Positions 19,714 through 29,625 of a stretch of DNA of 64,000 nt are shown in pieces (position 1 is the stretch's first letter; the number at the start of each line of letters is the position of its first letter). The translations under genes were made by a program, and so were the position numbers. The DNA is from a virus. Taxonomy: Duplodnaviria; Caudoviricetes. The stretch spans positions 1,065 to 65,064 of the IMG/VR virus record IMGVR_UViG_3300048592_000967; one strand, written 5' to 3'. The notes beneath the pieces are model-generated. The model worked only from the letters and a program-made list of their open reading frames with translations, was not told the DNA's origin and searched no databases.

Positions 19714-20774
19714 CCGAAGCCGCCTGCGCACCTCGCGAGATGTATGTGATGTTCCGCCCGACGCTCTTCCGAGACGGGCTCTTCGTGCGCGCCATGATTC
19801 GCTGGGAAAGAACGGTCGAGTGGTGGTTCGCGATGGTCTGCATGGCCCGCGAAATCAACCGGAAGGGCACCATTGGGAAGCGCGACGACGTTTCGCTCCT
19901 GCATCGCCACGAGATGCCCAGCGAGTTCTTCGACTACTTCCTGTCGGCAGGATGGCTGGTGGAAGAGGATGGCATGCTCCGGCTTTCGGACCCCGATCAG
20001 TGGTACCGATCGCGCAGTCGTGATCCACTTGTGCAGAACGAGCAAAAACAGAAGTCGCGCACGCGTGCAAAAACGCAGTCGCAAGGCGCAAAAAAGACTA
20101 CCCAAAACCGCACCGAGCGACAGCCGGAAAACGGCGCAGAATCTCGGAAAGCCGAGACACTGCAGACAGGTGAAACATGTCCGCAAGATGTCCGCAACGT
20201 GTCCGCAGTCGGTCTGCAAAAAAAGTACCATAATCTAAGTCAATCTAATCTAAGTCAATCTAATCCAAGTCAAGAGAATCTAAGACAAGATAATCCATCG
20301 ATCCCCCCCTACCCCCCCGAGGGGGTTTCCGACGGACGGACGGATTCTGTTCGCTATCGCTCTCAGGGGGGAGACGATGCGGGGGGTGCACCCCCCGCGC
20401 CCCCGCTACGGGCTTCGCCCACCGACTTCGGCTCTGTTGACGAGGCCTTCTCGGCTTACTGCCGGGAGGTTGCGGCAAAACCGCTCCAGGGCCCTGACGT
20501 GCAAAGGCTCGAGGAGCTCAAGGCCGCAGCCCGGACTCGTGACGCCACAGACGCCGAAATGCTCGTAGCCCTCCGCTACGGCGCCGAGGCGACGAAGTGG
20601 GCGCTACGCTCGAGCCCGAAGCCGGTGAAGCAGCCCAGGGCTTACCTCCTGGCCTGCACCCTCGAGATCCTCCCCCGAGTGCTTGAGCGCAGCCAGGACC
20701 AGCGCATCGCCCGAGAGCAAGGCTGGACGGAGCCTGGGCAAATCGTCTGGCGAGACCCGGACGGTAGCCCGTGA
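19710..20774 (+). CDS. Phage replication initiator (replisome organizer)
   Basis: N-terminal wHTH-like domain, basic linker with internal AT-rich repeats, C-terminal 'KQPRAYL' domain. Confidence 0.75.
   Translation: MTEAACAPREMYVMFRPTLFRDGLFVRAMIRWERTVEWWFAMVCMAREINRKGTIGKRDDVSLLHRHEMPSEFFDYFLSAGWLVEEDGMLRLSDPDQWYRSRSRDPLVQNEQKQKSRTRAKTQSQGAKKTTQNRTERQPENGAESRKAETLQTGETCPQDVRNVSAVGLQKKYHNLSQSNLSQSNPSQENLRQDNPSIPPYPPEGVSDGRTDSVRYRSQGGDDAGGAPPAPPLRASPTDFGSVDEAFSAYCREVAAKPLQGPDVQRLEELKAAARTRDATDAEMLVALRYGAEATKWALRSSPKPVKQPRAYLLACTLEILPRVLERSQDQRIAREQGWTEPGQIVWRDPDGSP
20232..20296 (+). repeat. 15-bp AT-rich tandem repeats (AATCTAAGTCAATCT x~4.3), probable phage origin
   Basis: Direct repeats inside the initiator gene, as in lambdoid origins. 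Confidence 0.7.
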
Positions 20775-21274
20775 GCCGCGTCACGCTGGCCGACCTTCTC
20801 GAAGCCGAGGCGGCCGGCGCACCTGGTGGCACAGCGCACCTGTGCAACGCGGTGGGATGCTACGAAACCGTGATTCCCACCGCCGACTGGAAATGCCCGG
20901 CCTGCCGCCGCTCGATGCGCTACGGTCACAAGTACGATTCCTGCCCCAAGTGCGGCGAACACGCTTTTTTTGTCCGCATCGGGGACGAATACCGGTGCCA
21001 GTGCCGGTGCACCTGGACCGAGGAGGATCGCAAATCCTGGGATCGGACCGAGCAGGAGCGAGCCCGGCGCGAGAGGCGGGACTTCGAGGAGCGCAAGCGA
21101 CAGTCGGAGCGCTCGCGCCAGCAAAGCAACGAACGAGACAGCAAGTCGCAGGCCCGCAACTGCTGGCAAAACCTCAAAAAGAAGGTCTGTTCCGTTAACC
21201 GCAGCGAGATCGGCACCACCGCCCCTTACGATTTCTGCAAACACTGCCCCAAATTCAAGGAGAACAATGGCTGA
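20771..21274 (+). CDS. Cys-rich zinc-binding protein
   Basis: Multiple CxxC motifs plus a charged helix. Confidence 0.7.
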   Translation: MSRVTLADLLEAEAAGAPGGTAHLCNAVGCYETVIPTADWKCPACRRSMRYGHKYDSCPKCGEHAFFVRIGDEYRCQCRCTWTEEDRKSWDRTEQERARRERRDFEERKRQSERSRQQSNERDSKSQARNCWQNLKKKVCSVNRSEIGTTAPYDFCKHCPKFKENNG

Positions 21275-21809
21275 AAAAGACTTCCAGTCCGGCCTGGCGG
21301 CCGGTATCCACCGGGTCCCAGGGGCCCACTACTACAAAATTCCAGACATGCCGGTGCACGCCATCCGGCAAGCCGGCCTGAAAATCGGCACAGGAACAAA
21401 GCCTTACGACTGCTTCATCTTGCATCAGGCGATCTACTTCGCTTGTGAGCTCAAGCAAAGCAGGGGAATGAGCCTGGGTAAAGACGAGATTCGCGACCAC
21501 CAGGAAGCCGCGCTGATCGAGGTGACGGCCGCCGGCGGTGTCGGACTGGTGCTGGTTAACTTCCAGGTCCGACTGAGCGCCAAGGCCGCTCGAGAGAGGG
21601 GAGTCGAAACTCTCGACGTGGCCTACGGCGCCCCCATGGTCGACCTGGTGGCCGCCAGAGCCGCCCTTTGCCGAGACAGCATTCCCCTGGAGTGGTGGGA
21701 GGCCAACGCCTGGCCGCTCGAGCGCTTCACTTCAGGAAAACAGATCAAATGGGACCCGACCCCACTGCTAGCTGGGGCCAGAGCTTGGAGGATGAGAACG
21801 CCGCTATGA
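21267..21809 (+). CDS. Holliday junction resolvase (RecU-like)
   Basis: YYKIPD, KPYDCF, ACELKQS, IRDHQ. Confidence 0.8.
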   Translation: MAEKDFQSGLAAGIHRVPGAHYYKIPDMPVHAIRQAGLKIGTGTKPYDCFILHQAIYFACELKQSRGMSLGKDEIRDHQEAALIEVTAAGGVGLVLVNFQVRLSAKAARERGVETLDVAYGAPMVDLVAARAALCRDSIPLEWWEANAWPLERFTSGKQIKWDPTPLLAGARAWRMRTPL

Positions 21810-22198
21810 CATCGCTCAGAGAATGGCTGACCATTCGGAAACCTAAACGCCAGTGCAGCAATCTCGCACTGCTCGACCGAGGCACCCGCCGGCGCGCGGC
21901 GATACTCGAGTTCGTGCTCGAATACCAGGAGCAGCACGGTTACGGGCCCTGCATCCGCGAGATCGGGGAGGCCGTTGGACTGAAATCGTCATCCTCGGTA
22001 TGGTTCCATCTCCTCAAACTGCAACAGGAGGGCCGCGTTTCCCGGGAGGCTCATAAGCCCAGATGCGTGGCGTCGACCCTGGCGCCGGCAAGCCGCGACT
22101 TCGCTTCGACGATAAACGCGATCCTGGAACTGCTGGCGGCCAGGGCGCCGCACGAGCAGATCGAGCATTTTATCCGTGAGGCGGTGGGATCCCGATGA
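21806..22198 (+). CDS. LexA DNA-binding-domain protein (no peptidase domain)
   Basis: ILEFVLEYQEQHGYGPCIREIGEAVGLKSSSSV..HL..L..EG. Confidence 0.85.
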   Translation: MTSLREWLTIRKPKRQCSNLALLDRGTRRRAAILEFVLEYQEQHGYGPCIREIGEAVGLKSSSSVWFHLLKLQQEGRVSREAHKPRCVASTLAPASRDFASTINAILELLAARAPHEQIEHFIREAVGSR

Positions 22199-22638
22199 GA
22201 AGCTGCGCAAACCGACCCCCGACACCCAAGCAACTGAAGTTGCTCCTATGGCTCAGGCAGTGGTGGGCAGACTACGACTCGAGCCCGACCCTGCGCGAGG
22301 CCAGCAGCGCCAACGGCATCAGCATGAGCGCCATAGATGGACAGTTCAGGAGAATGCAACTGCGAGGCCTGATGATCCCGGTGCTCAATCCCACCACGGG
22401 CCGGTGTCGCGGGTGGCGCCTGAGCATGGCCGGCGAAATCCTGTGCCGCCAGCATTCCGGCGACGTGCAACCTGTGCGACCCCAACCGATCGCCGACAAA
22501 AAAACGCTGATCAACCGACTGCTTTTCGAGCGCGAGCGCGCCCTGCGCCGGCGGTATCATCAACTAAAAACGGATCGAGATGCTCGAGCCTTCCTTGCCT
22601 GGCTGGAAGAGCATGTCAACCGGGAACTGCCGAAATGA
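22195..22638 (+). CDS. Second LexA-like wHTH protein
   Basis: TPKQLKLL..SPTLREAS. Confidence 0.65.
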   Translation: MRSCANRPPTPKQLKLLLWLRQWWADYDSSPTLREASSANGISMSAIDGQFRRMQLRGLMIPVLNPTTGRCRGWRLSMAGEILCRQHSGDVQPVRPQPIADKKTLINRLLFERERALRRRYHQLKTDRDARAFLAWLEEHVNRELPK

Positions 22639-23864
22639 GCTCGGTCATCGACCCCGTTTCCGGGTGGCCGTTGTTCGAGCTCCAGCTCGGGGATGTGCTC
22701 GAGCGCCTGCAGCAGTTGCCGCCCAACTGCGTCCACACCATCGTTTGCTCGCCACCCTACTGGCGAGCCAGAGACTACGGGGTCGAGGGCCAGTTTGGCA
22801 GCGAGCCCACCCTGGCCGAACACCTCGACAACATGCGCAAGGTGTTTTCCGAGTGCCGGAGAGCTTTGCACCCTTCGGGAACCCTCTGGACGAACTATGG
22901 GGACTTGCTGGCTCAGAACGGGCGCCACCTGACCGACGAGGAGCAGGAGCAAAACCACCGCAGGGCCCAGGAAAGGGCCTACCCGACTACGGTCTTTGAA
23001 CGCAAGTGGCAACGGTCAGCGGGCACCGCCAAGGGGAGCGGCCTGGCCGAAAAGCAGCTGATGCTACTCCCGGAGCGGCTGGCCATGACCCTCCAGAGCG
23101 ACGGCTGGGAGGGCCGGCAAACCGGATGGTGGCTCAGGAGCCAGATCATCTGGCACAAGCCAAACGCGAACTCCGAATCGGTCCGGGACCGGCCCACGCG
23201 AGATCACGAGATGATCTACCTCTTCAGCAAGCGGGCGCAATACTTCTACGACGAATGGGCCGTACGGCGCAACCAGAGGGTCGACCCCGACGGCTGGATT
23301 TACGGCAGCAAACTCAGGACGGTCTGGAGCATCGCCACCAAGTCTTCGCGCTCTGGACACCCCGCCGTGTTCCCGCCTGAGCTGCCCCGCAGATGCATCC
23401 TCCTGGGCACTTCGCGTCTGGGCTGCTGCCCTGAGTGTCTGGCACCTGTGCAATCGCTCTACGAAATCGGAGAGCCCGACCTGGAGGCCCAGCGACGATG
23501 TGGCGGAGACCGCAACGGGCAGTATCACGGCAAGGCCAGGCGCGACTACGCCCAGACCCGCTCACAAGACCCCAGCGCCACGAAGGCCCGCATCCTGGCC
23601 GGCATGCGACCCCGCAGACTCGCCGGGGGACGTCCGACCTGCAGCTGCCTGGCCCGGCTCGAAGATGCCATCCCGTGCACGGTCCTGGACCCATTCGCCG
23701 GCGAAGGCACAACGCTCAGGGCTGCGCTCGAGCTTGGACGTTTCGCTGTCGGAATCGAACTCAACCCGAAAGACGTCGCCTGGCAATGCCAGGACGTGCT
23801 GCCGGTGGCCCGGGCCCTGGCCAGGGCCCGGATGCGCTTTACAGGGGCCCAAGCCCTGAGGTAA
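22635..23864 (+). CDS. DNA N4-C/N6-A methyltransferase (beta class)
   Basis: CSPPYW, HPAVFP, VLDPFAGEGTT, GIELN. Confidence 0.92.
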   Translation: MSSVIDPVSGWPLFELQLGDVLERLQQLPPNCVHTIVCSPPYWRARDYGVEGQFGSEPTLAEHLDNMRKVFSECRRALHPSGTLWTNYGDLLAQNGRHLTDEEQEQNHRRAQERAYPTTVFERKWQRSAGTAKGSGLAEKQLMLLPERLAMTLQSDGWEGRQTGWWLRSQIIWHKPNANSESVRDRPTRDHEMIYLFSKRAQYFYDEWAVRRNQRVDPDGWIYGSKLRTVWSIATKSSRSGHPAVFPPELPRRCILLGTSRLGCCPECLAPVQSLYEIGEPDLEAQRRCGGDRNGQYHGKARRDYAQTRSQDPSATKARILAGMRPRRLAGGRPTCSCLARLEDAIPCTVLDPFAGEGTTLRAALELGRFAVGIELNPKDVAWQCQDVLPVARALARARMRFTGAQALR

Positions 23865-23907
23865 CATCGAGGGGCTCGATCAGGCGTGCAGGCGGAAAGA
23901 GCAACAA

Positions 23908-24777
23908 GTGACAGAACCCGACATGGTGAAAATCCGGAATGGAGCCCGGGCCCTGGGATTGATCCTGGCCAAAGACTCCAGCGCCACCGATGGAACCGTT
24001 AACCTCGAGCCCACCGATCGCAATTACCTCGACAGATGCCGCAACGGCCTGATCGAATTGTTGGCGACCGGCAAAGAGAAGGCCGAAAAGAAACTTAACC
24101 TCTCAAAGAGCGAGTACGACCGGGCCCTCGAAACGTCGTTTGACGTGCAGCTCGAGATGTTCGGCGAGGACGGCAAGCCGACGACGGCCGTCGATGCGAA
24201 CGGCAAAGCGATCACTCGGCAGAAGGACTGGCGAAACGACGAGGCCCCCGAGGGCATCGACCCGGAGGACGGTGAGCAGTTGCCCCTCGAGGAAACCAGC
24301 GAGGTGGTCGCCAGCGAGCCCACGCCTGAGCCCAACCCAAGCCTGTGGACCGTCGCTCCTGGTGTCCCCCAACAGGTGGAAAGCGGGCTGATACTGGCCG
24401 TCGAAAAAGGCTTGACCTACGCCAAAGCAGTTTCTGGGGTGTCCAAGGCTACTACTCTCGCAAAGTTCGAGGTTGAAGGTCACCTGGACACCCTGATCAA
24501 GCAGGGCAAAATCCTGCGCGATGGACAGAAGCTCTCTTTACCCCCTGAGCCGGTGGAGACCGTGCCGCCCGACTCCCGCATCGCTGAGGTCCTCCTGAGC
24601 AAAATGCACCTGGCCGACAAATCGGCCATCATCGAGGCCACCGCAATGGAGCTGCTGCTGTCTGCGGACGAGGTCCAGCGGGACTGGGAACAGTTGCTCT
24701 TCGCTGGCCGCATCCGACGGACGCCCAACGGATGGCAAGCCGTGACCGAGGAGCCCGAGCAGGCCGAGTCTGCCTGA
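23908..24777 (+). CDS. Hypothetical acidic protein, possible wHTH repeats
   Basis: Long ORF in operon orientation. Confidence 0.7.
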   Translation: MTEPDMVKIRNGARALGLILAKDSSATDGTVNLEPTDRNYLDRCRNGLIELLATGKEKAEKKLNLSKSEYDRALETSFDVQLEMFGEDGKPTTAVDANGKAITRQKDWRNDEAPEGIDPEDGEQLPLEETSEVVASEPTPEPNPSLWTVAPGVPQQVESGLILAVEKGLTYAKAVSGVSKATTLAKFEVEGHLDTLIKQGKILRDGQKLSLPPEPVETVPPDSRIAEVLLSKMHLADKSAIIEATAMELLLSADEVQRDWEQLLFAGRIRRTPNGWQAVTEEPEQAESA

Positions 24778-24828
24778 CTCAGGACGCCACCGAAGAGGTG
24801 GCGTCCCTCCTGGTCGGCACTGACCGAA

Positions 24829-25023
24829 GTGCCCCTGATGGTGCCAGTGCCCCTGATGCTCCTCCACCACCTCGGCCTACACGGCCGACAACTGGAGAGC
24901 ACAGTGGGCCTGGCCCACGCGGCACCGACCAGCGAGGGCAGGATACGCTACTGCCGGCACTGCACGCTGTGCACCCCGACCAATGCCATCGGCATACCAA
25001 GACGAGCGAGGACGAAATCTTGA
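24829..25023 (+). CDS. Small putative zinc-binding protein
   Basis: YCRHCTLC; stop overlaps the TTG of the DHH gene. Confidence 0.4.
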   Translation: MPLMVPVPLMLLHHLGLHGRQLESTVGLAHAAPTSEGRIRYCRHCTLCTPTNAIGIPRRARTKS

Positions 25024-25898
25024 GACACTTCACACCAATCGATTTAGACAGATGGCAGGCGGGGTGGGACGTGGTGGCCTACCACGCCCATTGCTCGGAC
25101 GGTCTGGCCGCAGCAGCTGCCGTGAGTCACTACCTGGGGCCCCGGGCCTCTACAGTCTTCGTGCCGGTAAGCTACGGCAAGGAACTTCCGCCGGAGCTGC
25201 TCTCCGGCGGACAGAGCTGCTTGTTCGTCGACTTCTGCCCCGAGCTGGCTCAGCTCGAGCAGCTGCAGACCCTCTGGAGGGACTGGTTCGTCATAGACCA
25301 CCACGTAAGTCGGGACTGGATTGTGCGCCAATTTCCCCGGCACTGTGCCTTCGACCTCGAGCGCTCTGGGGCCGCGTTGGTGCACGAGTGGCTTTGGCCC
25401 ATGAGCCAGTTACCCATCCTCCTCTGCTACGTCCAAGACCGCGACCTTTGGCGCTGGAAGTTGCCGAACAGTCGAGAGGTATCCGCTGCCCTTCGGGACT
25501 TGGAGCCGGACGTGGACACGTGGCGCCGCACGCTGTTCGACCATCCGGTGCCTCCGGCCGACCTCGTTGCCGTGGGCAAGGTGATCCTTCGCCAGGTCGA
25601 GCGGTATGCTCGAGCAAGGGCGAAAAAGGCCTGGCAGACTTCGCAGCCCGGCGAGCCCGTGATGCGGGTAGTCAACGCCACCCAGCACATGTCTGAAGTG
25701 GCAGAGACAATCCTCGAACTTTGGCCAGACACAGCGGTTGCCGCCATCTTCTGGTGTGAAGGGCCAGAAGAAATAAGTTGGTCTTTCCGTTCAAGGCCTG
25801 GTGCTGGCCTCAGCGCGCTTTCAGTAGCCCAGAGGTTGGGGGGCGGCGGCCATGAGCACGCCGCAGGTGCGAAAGTCAGAGGAGGGCTTGTGCTGTGA
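25020..25898 (+). CDS. DHH/DHHA1 phosphoesterase (NrnB-like)
   Basis: YHAHCSDG, FVDF, IDHH, QDRDLW, GGGHEHAAG. Confidence 0.9.
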   Translation: MRHFTPIDLDRWQAGWDVVAYHAHCSDGLAAAAAVSHYLGPRASTVFVPVSYGKELPPELLSGGQSCLFVDFCPELAQLEQLQTLWRDWFVIDHHVSRDWIVRQFPRHCAFDLERSGAALVHEWLWPMSQLPILLCYVQDRDLWRWKLPNSREVSAALRDLEPDVDTWRRTLFDHPVPPADLVAVGKVILRQVERYARARAKKAWQTSQPGEPVMRVVNATQHMSEVAETILELWPDTAVAAIFWCEGPEEISWSFRSRPGAGLSALSVAQRLGGGGHEHAAGAKVRGGLVL

Positions 25899-26866
25899 TC
25901 TGCGCCACCATGATTGCCCGCAACGAAGCCCACGTCATCCAGCGGTGTTTCGAGTCCCTGGCCGGGGTTGTCGATTGCATCTACCTTGCCGACACTGGCA
26001 GCGAAGATGAAACGATTCGAGTCGCCCTGCAAGTCGCGGACCAACTGGGAATCCTGATCATTTTTGAACGCCACGAGTGGGTCAACTTTGGACACAACCG
26101 CACCCAGGCAATGCGGTGGGCCGAGGAAACCTTCCTTAAACTCGAGTGGCACCTTATCGTCGATGCCGACGACGTGGTGGCCGGGTCATTGCCGCCGCGG
26201 GAGGCCCTGATCGGATGTGACGGGTGGAGATTGAGGGTCAACCATGCCGGATACAGCTACGAGCGCCCTCACCTGCTACGAGCTGATGGCAAGTGGCGCT
26301 ACCGGGGACCCATTCACGAGTTTGCCGAGCGTGCTGGGGCATGCAAGATGGGCTCACTCGACTCTTTGACCTACGAAGTGGTGGGTGGTGGCGCCCGATC
26401 CCGGGACCACGACAAGTTCAAGCGAGACGCCGAGGACATCCTTCGTTTCCTTGTGAGCCTACGGCCAGAGGATGAGGACTTGCGGCCGAGGTTGCAATAC
26501 TACCTGGGGCAAAGTTACAAGGACGCCGGCATGAAGACTGAGGCCATCGAAGCGTTTCGGCAAAGAATGATACTCGAAGGCTACGCCCAAGAGCGCTACA
26601 TGGCCGCGGTTCATTGCGCCTGGATGACGCATCGTTACCAGAGGGCTGCCTGGGCACAGTACGCATTCGAAGAGGATCAAGACCGCCCAGAGGCTCCTTA
26701 CCTGATAGCCTCGGGCTTTGCAGAGGCTGAACAATATCTCAACGCTTTCCCGTGGGCCCACTATGCCGCCACGAGGTCGGAAACGATGCCCCACGCGCTG
26801 TTTTACGACCCACGCACCATCGAATGGGCGCGGAATCTGGAAATCGAAATAAGGGGGAAGCTATGA
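25895..26866 (+). CDS. Glycosyltransferase family 2 with C-terminal TPR-like region
   Basis: MIARNEA, DTGSED, NFGHNRT, DADD, GPIHE, YYLGQSY. Confidence 0.9.
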   Translation: MICATMIARNEAHVIQRCFESLAGVVDCIYLADTGSEDETIRVALQVADQLGILIIFERHEWVNFGHNRTQAMRWAEETFLKLEWHLIVDADDVVAGSLPPREALIGCDGWRLRVNHAGYSYERPHLLRADGKWRYRGPIHEFAERAGACKMGSLDSLTYEVVGGGARSRDHDKFKRDAEDILRFLVSLRPEDEDLRPRLQYYLGQSYKDAGMKTEAIEAFRQRMILEGYAQERYMAAVHCAWMTHRYQRAAWAQYAFEEDQDRPEAPYLIASGFAEAEQYLNAFPWAHYAATRSETMPHALFYDPRTIEWARNLEIEIRGKL

Positions 26867-27402
26867 CCGTTGGAAGCCATTACCGCCAGGGTGTCACGAG
26901 GTGGGCCCATTTTGTCGAATACCTGTTCACCGACCAGGGCCATGAATTGCGGATGTTTCTGCCCCAGCCTACTCAGGCCATGATCAGTGCAGTCAACGAT
27001 GGTGACTGGATGTTCAGTTTCTACCAGCAGGGCCCGGCGCTGTTCTTCCTCTACATGTCGGCGTTCATGGACTGGTCTGATGCGCCATTCTCCGTCCACC
27101 TCGTGCCTGAGAGGCACAGGGTTCTGCCCTCTTTGCTGGCTATCGGAGCGATCATTGACCTGCACCTGGTGGACGCCGAGACCGGCATCCTGGTGGCGGC
27201 CAGCCGCCGGACCCTGAACAGTCACTTTGTCCGCCTCTGGCATGGCGCGATCAATAGGCAGGCAGAGTTGGCTTTCGACCGCCGACTCTACGACCTGGAG
27301 ATCGTGAAGGCGCATTCAAAACTGTCACCCCGGCAAATGCAACGCGCCGCTATGGCCACCACGCGGGGGCAACGTCTGATACTTCCGGCAACGGCTCTCT
27401 AG
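26863..27402 (+). CDS. Hypothetical protein
   Basis: ATGA overlap; converges on terL. Confidence 0.7.
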   Translation: MTVGSHYRQGVTRWAHFVEYLFTDQGHELRMFLPQPTQAMISAVNDGDWMFSFYQQGPALFFLYMSAFMDWSDAPFSVHLVPERHRVLPSLLAIGAIIDLHLVDAETGILVAASRRTLNSHFVRLWHGAINRQAELAFDRRLYDLEIVKAHSKLSPRQMQRAAMATTRGQRLILPATAL

Positions 27403-28928
27403 CGAAGCAACTGGGAGATTGAGTTCTTGCGAGCGCGGAGCTTAGAGCCCTTGACGCTGCCAGCGAGGCGCTCCTCAAAGTGGAAAAATGCCTGGGTGGT
27501 CATGTCGACCTGGTCATCCTCGGATCCCAGCGGGAAGCCCTGCAACTCAGTCTTGAAGAGCGGTACCCAACTCGTGGGCAACTGCGGGACCGAATAGTGC
27601 CGGCCTACCGGAGGGAGTAGGAAATCGCCGGCTCGCACGATGTAGCGGGTCGCCTCGGCTCGCTCGACTTTCGTCGACCCCTGAGGATCAAACCCGAGCA
27701 GGCCCGGCACGACGCCCTTCAGGCGATTGATGACCCGGGGGCCATTGGCCTTCAGTTCAACCCTCGTTGGTCCGATCATCGGGTAGCGCGCCCGGAACGC
27801 CAAGATGGCGTCGCATGTGTCCTCCAGGCCCAGGCGTTTGTGCAGCACCTCGAAAAGTAGAATCTGGGCGCCACGTATTGCAAAAACCCCGATGGCTACC
27901 TTGTCGGAGCGGTCAGTGTCCTTGTAGGAGCAGTCGACCGACAGGAATACCTCGTCGTAACGAAGCTGCTTCGAGAAGTAGTAAAACGCCTCGCGTTGGG
28001 GGTCCCAGCGCAAAAAGAACTCTCCAGGCCCAAAGTGCCGCCAATACTTCGGATCATAGATTCCGCCCTTTCCAGGCCTGGGAATGCCCTGGTAAAGGCT
28101 CCAAAAGTTCGGGCCGTTGTTGTCGAGGGTGCGCTGTTCCTCGAGTTGCTCAATCGGGTGTAACTCAGGGCACAACGGCTCTCCTGGTTGGCGCCCGAGC
28201 GGGTCTGGCAAGTAGCGCTCTCGCTCCTCCTCTGGGAGGTCCTCGGGGGCCAGCGCAATCGCCGGCAAGTGCACCACCGCAATCTTGTCTTCAAACGATG
28301 TCTCTACCCAGCCCGCCAGGTCGTCCTCGTGCCATCGGGTCTGGACCACGATCCAGCGGGCCTTCTTGCTAAGTCGACTCAGGAACTCATCTCGAAACCA
28401 GACCTTCTGGGCCTCCCGGTGGTCCGCTCGGTTCGCTTGTTTGCGACCTTTGATCGGGTCGTCAACAATGCCAAGATCGACCCGGTGACTGGTGAGCTGG
28501 CCCCCAACGCCCACGGCCCTGACGACCCCGCGCCGTCCCCGGACGTGCCATTCCTTTTTTGACCGGGCCTTAGGGTCAACGGATAGACCAAAGAGCCTGG
28601 GCCCCCACTTGGCGAAATGGTCACGGCACCACGCGCCAAATTTTTCGGCGACTGCCGCCGCGTAGCAGACGATGGCGATCTGGTCATCCGGACGCCAGCC
28701 CAGCCACCAGCAAAGGAAATACTGGGCCACCAACTGGCTCTTCCCGTGCTGGGGCGGCATGGTCACGACCAGGCGGGTGATCTTTCCGGTGTAGAGCAAA
28801 AGCAGGTAGTAGTTGAGCAGCAGCAGGTGTCTGTAGGGGACCCACTGGCCCTCTGAACTGGAGATCGCGAAATCTGCCGGGGTGCGGATTTGCTGGCGCG
28901 TGGCCGGGGATGGCGCTTTAGTCGCCAC
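27399..28928 (-). CDS. terL: Terminase large subunit
   Basis: MPPQHGKS Walker A, IVDDPIK Walker B, QTRWHEDDLAG, SVDCS and DDQVD nuclease motifs. Confidence 0.95.
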   Translation of the reverse strand: MATKAPSPATRQQIRTPADFAISSSEGQWVPYRHLLLLNYYLLLLYTGKITRLVVTMPPQHGKSQLVAQYFLCWWLGWRPDDQIAIVCYAAAVAEKFGAWCRDHFAKWGPRLFGLSVDPKARSKKEWHVRGRRGVVRAVGVGGQLTSHRVDLGIVDDPIKGRKQANRADHREAQKVWFRDEFLSRLSKKARWIVVQTRWHEDDLAGWVETSFEDKIAVVHLPAIALAPEDLPEEERERYLPDPLGRQPGEPLCPELHPIEQLEEQRTLDNNGPNFWSLYQGIPRPGKGGIYDPKYWRHFGPGEFFLRWDPQREAFYYFSKQLRYDEVFLSVDCSYKDTDRSDKVAIGVFAIRGAQILLFEVLHKRLGLEDTCDAILAFRARYPMIGPTRVELKANGPRVINRLKGVVPGLLGFDPQGSTKVERAEATRYIVRAGDFLLPPVGRHYSVPQLPTSWVPLFKTELQGFPLGSEDDQVDMTTQAFFHFEERLAGSVKGSKLRARKNSISQLLR

Positions 28929-29413
28929 TATTCGTCGATCTGGCGGACGAGTCGGCTGTGATACTCCACCAGCAACTGCGAGGCCTCAAGGGCGACGGGG
29001 TCAGCCAGCAGGGCCTCATGGAGGTGTTGTTCATCAGCCGGTATCGGTTCCGTGTCTCCGATGCTGCCGGTGGCTGCTATCACGTCGCTGAGGGTATCGC
29101 TACCGAATTTGAGCAAGGCGATAATCTCGCGGACGTTGGTGATCCGCACCGCGCGGAGAGCTTCACGGGCCAGAGCAATAATCTCGAGACTGATGGAACC
29201 CCTTAGCTTTAGCCAGCCCATCACGCTCAGATTGTCCGTGTCGATCTTGATGCGCTCAGCGAGCTGGGCGAGGTCAACTTTGGTGGCCGAAAGGCCTGGA
29301 CGAGTGACTTCTTCCGACTGTCCAGCCGCTCTCGCGACCCGCTCTCGCGCTCGCTTCTCACGTTTCTGTTCGCGCTGCTTGCGCCGGCGCTCTTCTGGGT
29401 CCTTTATGGGCAC
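28928..29413 (-). CDS. Probable terminase small subunit
   Basis: Directly upstream of and coupled to terL; basic N-terminus; GGAGG RBS before GTG 29413. Confidence 0.65.
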   Translation of the reverse strand: MPIKDPEERRRKQREQKREKRARERVARAAGQSEEVTRPGLSATKVDLAQLAERIKIDTDNLSVMGWLKLRGSISLEIIALAREALRAVRITNVREIIALLKFGSDTLSDVIAATGSIGDTEPIPADEQHLHEALLADPVALEASQLLVEYHSRLVRQIDE

Positions 29414-29495
29414 GGTGCCCTCCCGTTCGCGTCTGGGCGAATTGTAGCAGAGCCTGACCGTTTTTGACACCGTAGCGACTGTCTCCCCGCGCCAA

Positions 29496-29564
29496 GTCTC
29501 CCCCGGCAAAATAAAACGAGGGTGCATCCTCGCACGAAAACGCCCCGTCAGGATTTCCTAAGTT
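29496..29564 (-). promoter_or_regulatory. Putative packaging (cos/pac) site of the phage
   Basis: Intergenic upstream of terS; exact 69-bp inverted copy at 54394-54462; adjacent GGGGAGAC repeats. Confidence 0.65.
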
Positions 29565-29572
29565 GACAAAAA

Positions 29573-29602
29573 TTGACTGCCAGGCCCCCGGTGACCTACA
29601 CT
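29573..29602 (+). promoter_or_regulatory. Putative late promoter
   Basis: TTGACT-18 nt-TACACT upstream of the head operon. Confidence 0.45.
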
Positions 29603-29625
29603 GTTCCCGGTCAATCCCGATCAGA

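Noticed and set aside
20232-20296. CRISPR-like array
   Set aside because: Contiguous 15-bp repeats without spacers, in frame inside the initiator gene; no cas genes in the window
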